Below, piece after piece: positions 56,465-64,000 of a stretch of 64,000 nucleotides of DNA (position 1 is the first letter of the stretch; the number at the start of each line of letters is the position of its first letter). Position numbers and translations under genes: made by a program. The stretch is from a virus. Below the pieces are notes generated by a model. That model worked only from the letters and a program-made list of their open reading frames with translations, had not been told where the DNA came from and did not search any database. The stretch is from positions 1-64,000 of IMG/VR virus record IMGVR_UViG_3300036766_001333. One strand, 5' to 3'.

Positions 56465-59400
56465 ATGGCGTGGACAGATTTTTTTAAGCTTTTTAATAGT
56501 ACCTTTACATTAGACCCATTATCTAAAAAATCAGATAGAAAAAATCTACCAAGCGCAGGCGTATCATCAAATGATGTTTTTCCTGATCCTAGAAATACTG
56601 ATAGCTTATCTTCTGGGACAGGCGGCTTCATAAGAGTACAAAACGATTTAGTCGATCTTACAACTACAACTAATCGAGTAAACCGATATAAAGAATATGA
56701 TAGATTAGTTGCAAGTATATCTGAAATTGAAATGGCAATGACAGTATTTGCCGATGAAGCTTGCGTATATGAAGATACAATCATAAATACAGTCTTTCAT
56801 GGCCCTAAAACCATTAAATGGCTACAACAAAATAAAACAGATGATAAGTTTCCAGTATATTGTTATGACTTTAAAAAAGAAGATTATACAGTTGGATGGT
56901 CCTATGCTCCAAGATTTGTTAAAAAAGCAAAAACCGTAAGGGTTATTCTTGATAATGGAGAAATAGAAATAGTAACTCCAGATCACAGAATACTAAGAAA
57001 AGATGGCGAATGGATAATGGCAGAAAATTTAAAGTTTGGTGATAAATTAATGCCATTTTACAAAATAAAAGCAAATCAAAATTTAACTAAAGTTAAAACT
57101 AAACAATTTCCAAGAATTTTTACACATAATAAAGGCTGGATACATGAACGTCAATTTTTAGATGAATGGAGAAGTGGGAAAGATTTACCAGAATATGAAA
57201 AAGTAAACAAATTAGGCAGATTGCTAGCCCAAAAACTTCATGTAAAAGATATCGCAAAATTAATGGGAGTCGCAGCACCTACCCTTGAATACCAGTTATC
57301 AAGTGAAGGATTTAGCTGTAAAGAATTCAGGTTATTATCTAAAAACTTATCTTACAGAAGGGTAATCAAAGTAGAACCCTGGCATGAATTAGATGTATAT
57401 GATTTGTCTGTAGAAGATCATAAAAACTTTTGCACTCAGTCTTTAGTAATGCACAATTGTCAAAAAGATGAAGATGGACAAGTTTTCAAAATAACATGCA
57501 AAAATCAAGATGTAAAAGAAGAATTAGAAACTTTATTCTTTAAAGTCCTAGAATTCGATCAATTGAATATTTGGGATAAAGCTAAAAGACTATTCATAAA
57601 AGGAGATGCATTTTGGGAAATAGTAGTAGACCCGGATAATCCAAAAGATGGAATTCTAAAGATTGCCGATTTGCCCCCAGATAATATGTATAGAATCGAA
57701 TCGACTAAAGGCAAAGTTCTTGAATATCAACAAGCAAAAGAAGGTCCAGATTATCAGGCTTTACTAAAAGCTCCATTAGGAATGGCTACTGATAATGAAT
57801 TAGCACAGTCTATGGCCATTAGATTTACCCCTGACCAAATCATACATTTAAGAATTGGAGATTATAGAAAATCCTTTTATCCATATGGCGTTAGTTTAAT
57901 AGAACCAGCCAGAGGACCAGCCCATCAATTAAAAATGATGGAAGATAGTATGGTCGTATATCGACTTTGCCTTGCTGGTAATACTAGAATTAGAACGGCA
58001 GATTATTATAAGTATATTAAAGATTTAGATATTGGCGATATTGTTTATAGTTTCTCCGAATCTGGCAAACAAATGCCAACGACAGTAGAAGCTGTTAAAA
58101 ATAATGGAAAGCAAAAAGTTTATGACGTTATTTCTAGGCATGTAAGTATTCGTGGTAATGAAACGCATCCAATTTTAGTTAACAGAGATGGCGTCTATCA
58201 ATATGTTGATGTTAAGAACTTAATTCCTGGTAAAGATAAATTTATATTAACCACTAAAGATGTTGGATTTATTCCTAGTATTCCAAGGATTTACGGACCA
58301 ATGTGGGCTAAGCTTAATGACGAAGCTAGAAAAGAATTTAAAAATAAACGCTTTAAAAACAAATCTCAACTAATGAGGCAATGTTCTTCTGAATTTGGAA
58401 GAGTAAGACAATTCTTATATACTAAAGGTAAAGCATTGCCTTTAGAAAGAGCCAAAGAAATATGTAATATATTTGGCATAGATGAATCCAAATTATTGCT
58501 AGTTAATAAAGGGGAAAATAATTCTGAAAGAATAAGTTTACCTGAGCGAGTCACTGAAGAATTTGCTAAGTTATTTGGTTTTATTTGTGGTGATGGGTCT
58601 ATTCATAACAACAATCAAATTTCATTTTCTTCTTCAGAAGACGACCAAATAAATCAATATTATTCTGGACTACTTCAAAAGTATTTTGGAAAGGTAAGAT
58701 TCGAGTTAGATAAAAGATCAAAAAAGAAATTAGGCAAATTTGTATCTGATTCTACAACTGCATGTAAAGTATTTGGTGCTATGGGATACATTCATAATCA
58801 CCACAACACGAGAATACCAAAATGGGTGTTTAATTCTCCTAAAAATATTCGACGAGCATTCGTTGAAGGGTTGTCAGATGCAGATGGATGTGAGCGATTT
58901 ACCAAGAAAGGCACTTGGTTTTCTACAATTGAATTGTGTAATGAGAAACTAATAGAAGACATTAAAGAATTATGGTCTTCTATTGGGCTTTGTTCAGGAC
59001 AGTTAAAGAAAAGGACAAGAGAAAATAAGCACTTATTACTTGGTAGAAAGCTACCTGTAAAAACCACTTCTTATTTGGTTACTATTAGTGATAATTTATT
59101 ACCTAAAGAAGAAAATATAACAAAAGTAGTAGAGGTTGGAGAGGAAGATGTATATGACATCACTGTGAATTCTAATTATCATAATTTTATAGCTAATGGC
59201 ATTCCAGTTCACAATACAAGAGCGCCTGAGCGTAGAATATTTTACATAGACATCGGTGGTCTTCCCAGCTTTAAAGCTGAAGCTTTCATTAACAGAATGA
59301 AAGATCAGTTTAGGAAGAAGAAGATGACTCATAATATGAATAATAGTACGACTGGAGCTTCGGCTGTAGATGAAAGATGGCACGCTCCAGCCGTAGATGA

Positions 59401-60244
59401 GGATATTTGGATTCCAGTAAGACAAAATTCAACTACAAGAATAGACACTTTACCTGGCGCACAAAACTTAGGAGAAATAGATGACACAGTTTATTTCAGA
59501 ACCAAGTTATTTGCCGCACTTAACTTTCCACCTAACTACTTCTACTCACAAGATGCAAATGCTACTAGAATTACACTTTCAGCGAATGATGTAAAATTTG
59601 CCAAGTTAATAGAAAGATTACAAGCTTATATGGAATATGGCTATAAAGAAATAGCCATAAGACACTTAAAATTAATAGGTTATCCAGAAAATACATTTGA
59701 AGACATAAAAATAAAGATGACGCCACCTTCTGATTGGCGAGAATTAAGTCGAGCAGAAGTCATAACAAATAGAATTAATAATGCTAATTCTCTTAAAGGC
59801 TCCCAATTGTTATCTGATTATGATATCTTAACAAAATGGATGAAATACCCAGAAGATGAAGCAAAAGAAATGATAGCTAGAATGAAAATTCAAAAATTAG
59901 AAGACTTAAAGCTTCAAGTTCTAGCTCAAAATCCTCAATTGCTTGGCGTTGGCATTCCAGGTATGGGCGAACAAGAAATTTCAGCACAGCCAGGCGGTCC
60001 TAACCCAATGCTAGGTCCAGATCAACAAATGCCACCAGGAGGTCCACCAGCAGGCCCAGAAGGTCCGCCACCTGAAGTTGCACCACAATCAATGGAGAAG
60101 TCTGAACCGGCACCTGAACCGCAATCTCAGGCCAAACCGTTACCTAATCCAACAGATGATGATATTATTAAATACGATCTTGAACTTCAGGACTACGATC
60201 AGGATCAAGATTATGAAGAACCTGACTATAGTGAAGGAGAATAA
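56465..60244 (+). CDS. portal protein (T4 gp20-like) with two inteins
   Basis: RYKEYD...EI..A....ADEA, EDSMVVYRL|TRAPERRIFYIDIG.LP..KAE, ED.WIP.R, IDTLPGAQNLGEIDD; about 611 aa after splicing. Confidence 0.95.
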   Translation: MAWTDFFKLFNSTFTLDPLSKKSDRKNLPSAGVSSNDVFPDPRNTDSLSSGTGGFIRVQNDLVDLTTTTNRVNRYKEYDRLVASISEIEMAMTVFADEACVYEDTIINTVFHGPKTIKWLQQNKTDDKFPVYCYDFKKEDYTVGWSYAPRFVKKAKTVRVILDNGEIEIVTPDHRILRKDGEWIMAENLKFGDKLMPFYKIKANQNLTKVKTKQFPRIFTHNKGWIHERQFLDEWRSGKDLPEYEKVNKLGRLLAQKLHVKDIAKLMGVAAPTLEYQLSSEGFSCKEFRLLSKNLSYRRVIKVEPWHELDVYDLSVEDHKNFCTQSLVMHNCQKDEDGQVFKITCKNQDVKEELETLFFKVLEFDQLNIWDKAKRLFIKGDAFWEIVVDPDNPKDGILKIADLPPDNMYRIESTKGKVLEYQQAKEGPDYQALLKAPLGMATDNELAQSMAIRFTPDQIIHLRIGDYRKSFYPYGVSLIEPARGPAHQLKMMEDSMVVYRLCLAGNTRIRTADYYKYIKDLDIGDIVYSFSESGKQMPTTVEAVKNNGKQKVYDVISRHVSIRGNETHPILVNRDGVYQYVDVKNLIPGKDKFILTTKDVGFIPSIPRIYGPMWAKLNDEARKEFKNKRFKNKSQLMRQCSSEFGRVRQFLYTKGKALPLERAKEICNIFGIDESKLLLVNKGENNSERISLPERVTEEFAKLFGFICGDGSIHNNNQISFSSSEDDQINQYYSGLLQKYFGKVRFELDKRSKKKLGKFVSDSTTACKVFGAMGYIHNHHNTRIPKWVFNSPKNIRRAFVEGLSDADGCERFTKKGTWFSTIELCNEKLIEDIKELWSSIGLCSGQLKKRTRENKHLLLGRKLPVKTTSYLVTISDNLLPKEENITKVVEVGEEDVYDITVNSNYHNFIANGIPVHNTRAPERRIFYIDIGGLPSFKAEAFINRMKDQFRKKKMTHNMNNSTTGASAVDERWHAPAVDEDIWIPVRQNSTTRIDTLPGAQNLGEIDDTVYFRTKLFAALNFPPNYFYSQDANATRITLSANDVKFAKLIERLQAYMEYGYKEIAIRHLKLIGYPENTFEDIKIKMTPPSDWRELSRAEVITNRINNANSLKGSQLLSDYDILTKWMKYPEDEAKEMIARMKIQKLEDLKLQVLAQNPQLLGVGIPGMGEQEISAQPGGPNPMLGPDQQMPPGGPPAGPEGPPPEVAPQSMEKSEPAPEPQSQAKPLPNPTDDDIIKYDLELQDYDQDQDYEEPDYSEGE
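56762..57457 (+). mobile_element. intein 1 (232 aa, no LAGLIDADG)
   Basis: DEA|CVYEDT...VTPDHRIL (block B)...VYDLSV..HKNF....VMHN|C. Confidence 0.92.
57968..59215 (+). mobile_element. intein 2 (416 aa) with LAGLIDADG endonuclease
   Basis: YRL|CLAGNT...NETHPIL...LFGFICGDG...FVEGLSDADG...VYDITV...HNF.ANGIPVHN|T. Confidence 0.95.
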
Positions 60245-60615
60245 TGAATAAAAAATTTCTAGATGAAGCGATGCAACTTGAAAAACATTGGGCAAAATTC
60301 CCAAATTTATTCCCAAAAATGAAAGAAGGCCAAGTTCTTTTAGAGTCACAAAGACTTCGTAATGAATTTGATGTAGGCCATGCTGGATTCTATGCAATTC
60401 ATAATAGACTAAATCTAGAAAAAGTTAATAAATGTGGATGCTATCACTGTTTAACCATGTTTGACCCAAAAGAAATCAAAGAATGGGTTGATAATGATGA
60501 CACAGCTATGTGCCCTTATTGTGAAATAGACTCAGTTATTCCAGAAAATACAGATTATTTTTTAAGCAAAGAACTTTTGACCAAAATTAATGAACATTAT
60601 TTTAAACAGGATTAA
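60244..60615 (+). CDS. small Zn-finger protein with capsid-prodomain-like N-terminus
   Basis: CGCYHC...F...EI.EW.D...TAMCPYC.IDSVI. Confidence 0.65.
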   Translation: MNKKFLDEAMQLEKHWAKFPNLFPKMKEGQVLLESQRLRNEFDVGHAGFYAIHNRLNLEKVNKCGCYHCLTMFDPKEIKEWVDNDDTAMCPYCEIDSVIPENTDYFLSKELLTKINEHYFKQD

Positions 60616-60874
60616 TTGTATCAGCAGCAGCAGGGACAACAATATCTGCCTCTTTATCTGAATCCGGCTTGTTGCTTACCGCTCCCTGATCCCTATATTT
60701 CTTCAATTCTTCGGCAATTTGCTCATCTTTTCTAGCCAAACTTCTAAAAAGCTCCACTATTGCATCTCGGTGACGCATAACTGCCATCTGCGCAATGTTA
60801 TTCAATATTTCATCTGATTCAAGATCGGCACAGGCTTCACTTCTTTGTTGATAATATTGCCGAAAACTTTTCAT
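60602..60874 (-). CDS. hypothetical protein, possible internal head protein
   Basis: GAGGAG RBS; leader MKSFRQYYQQRSE. Confidence 0.6.
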   Translation of the reverse strand: MKSFRQYYQQRSEACADLESDEILNNIAQMAVMRHRDAIVELFRSLARKDEQIAEELKKYRDQGAVSNKPDSDKEADIVVPAAADTINPV

Positions 60875-60970
60875 TTTTTAACTCCTCTTGCATATCTATA
60901 AGATAGACTCATATTTTTAAGAGTCACTGTATTAATAATTGTAAGAATTCACTATAGGAGTTATCAAAAT

Positions 60971-62737
60971 ATGAAGAGAAAATTAATCAGTCATGAAGGT
61001 TTTGACAAACTTAATGAAGGTTCATTTTGTGTTGTAGAAAACGAACTCGCCCAAGCTGAAGATGTTATATCTAAAGTAGTAGGCGTTAAAGGTTTGAAGC
61101 TAAATTGCTTCAACGAATCAACCGTAATCTATGAAACCCCAAGTAAAACTTTCTTACATGCTAATTATAAAATGAATGATAAGAAAATTGTTTTGGAGAA
61201 CATAGAAGAATTAATTATTGACGAACAATCAGCAAAACAAAAATCTAAAGCCATTGTTTCGAAAATGGTTGAAGAAATGTTACAGAAAAATGATGCAAAG
61301 GCAAATGATTTATTTAAAGAATATCTCTCATTGCCAATGGTTCGCAAAAATCTTTTAGAGTCAAAAGCTCCGCCATTTGTTAAGAAAGATAAGAAAGATG
61401 GCAAAAAAGATGACGAAGACAAAAAAAATGGCTTCTTTGGCAAAAAAGATGACGACAAGAAAGATAAGAAATTCAAATTCAAGAAAGTTGCCAAAAAGAA
61501 AATCCAAGAATGGTCAACTCTTTCTGAAAATGTATTAAATTATGTTGATTTTCATAATTTCAGCCCAACAATGAAAGATACAAAAGCCTCCCATGATGAA
61601 AAAGGCAATGTGGTAGCTTTAAGTATTCCTAATTCACATCTTCGTAATGAAGGCAAGTTACTTTCTTTCAATTGGAAGGTTTTAGACACAGAAGTTAAAG
61701 TTCTTCGTTCAAAGGCAATGAATGTGACTGAAGATACTAACTTTAGTCGTGCTATGTCTGATCTTAAGAAATGCAATAATCTCTCAGATAATAAAGCACT
61801 TGAAACAACTCTTGCTAATGTAGTTCAAGCTTGGCCACACTTAATTTACTTAACGCAATCAGAATTGGCAGCTAAAATTAGTGAGGCTCTTGAGACAGCA
61901 GGCGAAACTAATTACGACGATCAAACTTGCGAATTTATGGCAGAAGCTATTCTCCGTACAGTAGTAGAAGCCTATTCAGAAAGAGCAAGTAAAATCATTC
62001 GTCTGTCAGGTACAACAATCAAAGATAAATCAGATGACTTCTATGAAGATTTCCAAAGAGTAACTAAGGATTTCTATAAGTCAATTGATGAATCTATGAA
62101 AACTGAAATGCAAGTATTTACTGACCTTTATAACGCTTTAGTAGAAGTTTACAGGACTGCTCAAGGCGAAAGCAATGAAGTAGTTCGCAGTGAGGCCAAT
62201 GGATTCTTACATGAACTTAAATCAGTTCTTGAACAGGAATCTAAACCAACATTAGAACTTGCAGAACAAGTTGCAAGTTGGTTGGTAAATCTTGTCGAAA
62301 CTAATCTTGAAGGAAATGCATGGGATGTTTCTAACTCCCCTCACATGACAATTGTAGGCGATCATCCCCAAATGGCTAAGAATGCCAGCAAGGGTTATAC
62401 CCCATCATCTGACTTCTCTGGAGATTGGGGTGACAGCGCTCCAGTAAGTGACGGCAAGAGCTACAAAGGTAACTTAGCCAATGTAATGAGAAACGATAGC
62501 TGGGGTAATTGGTCAAGCGAAGAAACTTATCCTGGCCTTACTAATCCTTATGCCAAGGGCGTTGATGCAACTTGGACTATGAAGGGAGAAAAAGGCGTAG
62601 ATAAAGAAACTGATGGTTTGGTATTCGATGCCGAAGGCGATAAGACATGGCCTGGCTTAACTAATCCATATTGTCCAAAAGCCGAAACGCCACAAAGCTA
62701 CAAAGCAAAAACTGATAACTTAGTTATAGATCAGTAA
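60971..62737 (+). CDS. putative prohead core / head assembly protein (588 aa)
   Basis: Between portal and protease; AGGAG RBS; KKD-rich insert; own terminator. Confidence 0.55.
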   Translation: MKRKLISHEGFDKLNEGSFCVVENELAQAEDVISKVVGVKGLKLNCFNESTVIYETPSKTFLHANYKMNDKKIVLENIEELIIDEQSAKQKSKAIVSKMVEEMLQKNDAKANDLFKEYLSLPMVRKNLLESKAPPFVKKDKKDGKKDDEDKKNGFFGKKDDDKKDKKFKFKKVAKKKIQEWSTLSENVLNYVDFHNFSPTMKDTKASHDEKGNVVALSIPNSHLRNEGKLLSFNWKVLDTEVKVLRSKAMNVTEDTNFSRAMSDLKKCNNLSDNKALETTLANVVQAWPHLIYLTQSELAAKISEALETAGETNYDDQTCEFMAEAILRTVVEAYSERASKIIRLSGTTIKDKSDDFYEDFQRVTKDFYKSIDESMKTEMQVFTDLYNALVEVYRTAQGESNEVVRSEANGFLHELKSVLEQESKPTLELAEQVASWLVNLVETNLEGNAWDVSNSPHMTIVGDHPQMAKNASKGYTPSSDFSGDWGDSAPVSDGKSYKGNLANVMRNDSWGNWSSEETYPGLTNPYAKGVDATWTMKGEKGVDKETDGLVFDAEGDKTWPGLTNPYCPKAETPQSYKAKTDNLVIDQ

Positions 62738-62751
62738 TAAACGTTAAATAG

Positions 62752-62780
62752 AAAAGCCAGGAGTACTCCTGGCTTTTTTT
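62752..62780 (+). terminator. intrinsic terminator
   Basis: aaaagccagga-gtac-tcctggctttt followed by T run. Confidence 0.9.
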
Positions 62781-62841
62781 ATTTTTATTTCAAAAAACAA
62801 CTATATAACCAATAGATATTTTGTTGCAAAGGAATCAATAT

Positions 62842-63522
62842 ATGAATCAAACTGTAATGTTATTAGAAGATTGTTGCGACGGCACTTGTTTATTTGTAGA
62901 CCTTAATGAATCCAATGTTGAAAAAGGTTTAATAAAATTTAGAGGTAAATTTCAAGAAGCCGAAGCTGTAAATAAAAACAAAAGAATGTATCCGTTTGCT
63001 GTTCTCGATGAGAATGTGCAAAAATTAACAGAGGTTGTAAAAGCCCGTGGATTAGTAGGCGAACTCGATCACCCAACTGATTCTATTATCCATTTCAAAG
63101 AAGCATCACATATTATTACGAAATTAGTATGGGAAGGAAATATTCTTAATGGCGAAGGAGAAATTCTTAATACAGCACATGGCAGACAATTAAAAGCATT
63201 AATTAGTGATGGAGTAAGAGTTGGTATTAGTAGTCGTGGTGTTGGTAATGGAAAAGTTAATGAAAATGGAATCCTTGTAATTAGTGAAGGTTATAAATTA
63301 ATTACATTTGATGCTGTAGCTGATCCCTCAACATTTGATGCTTATCAGCAACGTGTAACTGCTGCTAAAAGAGAAAATGTAATAGTTCCAAAAAATTTTG
63401 AAGATTATGTTACAAAAAATGAAACTAAGCGCATAGATAAAATAAGTAAAGAAGCAGTAGTAGCTGCTTTTAGTGGAATTATTAAAGAACACAAAGATAA
63501 AATTTTAGAGAGGTTAAAATAA
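62842..63522 (+). CDS. prohead core protease (T4 gp21-like)
   Basis: N.NKR.YP, GELDHP, SHII, GISSRG.G, TFDAVADPS. Confidence 0.95.
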   Translation: MNQTVMLLEDCCDGTCLFVDLNESNVEKGLIKFRGKFQEAEAVNKNKRMYPFAVLDENVQKLTEVVKARGLVGELDHPTDSIIHFKEASHIITKLVWEGNILNGEGEILNTAHGRQLKALISDGVRVGISSRGVGNGKVNENGILVISEGYKLITFDAVADPSTFDAYQQRVTAAKRENVIVPKNFEDYVTKNETKRIDKISKEAVVAAFSGIIKEHKDKILERLK

Positions 63523-63523
63523 A

Positions 63524-64000
63524 ATGAGTAAAGTTATCGAAGCCCTTAAGAAACTCCTTCCTGAAGAAAATCTTACTGAAGTAGCTTCTACAGTTGAAGG
63601 CATGCTGTCTGAGGCTAAGCAAGAATTAGAAACCGAGTTTAATAAGAAACTTGAAGAAGCTTACTCAGAATTAGCAAACGAATTAACCAACGCAGAAAAA
63701 ACTGCTGTTGAAGGTTACGAACAAGCCTTTTCAATTATAACCGATCTTCGTAATCGCATTGATACTCAGAAGACCGAAATGGAAAAGGTAATGTACACAG
63801 GTTTCGAAGAAGCATATCAAATGATCGAAACCGAAAAGAAAAAGACCAGTTCTCTTGAAGTAGATGTATATGACGAATATGACAAGAAACTTCAAGAAAT
63901 GACAGAATATATTGTTGATCGTGTTGACGCTTTCTTGCAAGAGAAGGGCGCTGAAATTTATGAACAAGCCAAGAAAGACGTTCTTAATGACCCACGTATG
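63524..64000 (+). CDS. prohead scaffold protein (gp22-like), runs off window
   Basis: Not in ORF track. Hand translation MSKVIEALKKLLPEENLTEVASTVEGMLSEAKQELE..., acidic coiled coil immediately after the protease. Confidence 0.75.
   Translation, partial: MSKVIEALKKLLPEENLTEVASTVEGMLSEAKQELETEFNKKLEEAYSELANELTNAEKTAVEGYEQAFSIITDLRNRIDTQKTEMEKVMYTGFEEAYQMIETEKKKTSSLEVDVYDEYDKKLQEMTEYIVDRVDAFLQEKGAEIYEQAKKDVLNDPRM

Noticed and set aside
1274-63967. Many short ORF-track entries nested antisense within long genes
   Set aside because: No motifs or ribosome-binding sites; fully overlap well-supported genes
1-64000. Stop-codon reassignment
   Set aside because: Conserved genes are full length in the standard code; TAA, TAG and TGA all end genes; reading through the HAD TGA meets TAA within 7 codons
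1-64000. tRNA or rRNA genes
   Set aside because: No GC-rich cloverleaf or T-loop signature seen in the short intergenic gaps (by eye only; tRNAscan-SE would settle it)

Overview
AT-rich, densely coding 64 kb segment of a large T4-related (Tevenvirinae-like or jumbo) myophage, read in the standard genetic code. It holds a contractile-tail/baseplate module (gp2-like end protector, 1460-aa tape measure, tube initiator, gp53-, hub-, gp5-, gp25- and gp6/J-like genes, three paralogous PKD-domain fibre-like proteins). The head module begins at the right end (terminase large subunit, portal with two inteins, prohead core candidate, gp21 protease, start of a gp22-like scaffold). Also present: primase, a Cas4-like nuclease and many accessory genes (ClpP, HhH glycosylase, RNA-repair HAD, CCA-adding enzyme, glycosyltransferases, actin-like ATPase, patatin, M4/M36 protease, CYTH, ferritin). 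Selfish elements are numerous: five free-standing homing-type endonucleases, two inteins and a stand-alone TnpB with a recognisable right end. Best candidate for an undescribed system: proteins that start with a T4 capsid-targeting-like peptide (M-x-x-F-x-x-[YWF]-h-x(0-3)-E), usually just behind TANATA late-promoter boxes. These include a tRNA 3'-end repair pair (HAD phosphatase plus CCA-adding enzyme); the HAD gene joins its leader only through a +1 shift at a prfB-like TTT-TGA-C site. All family assignments come from motif recognition by eye; no database searches were run.
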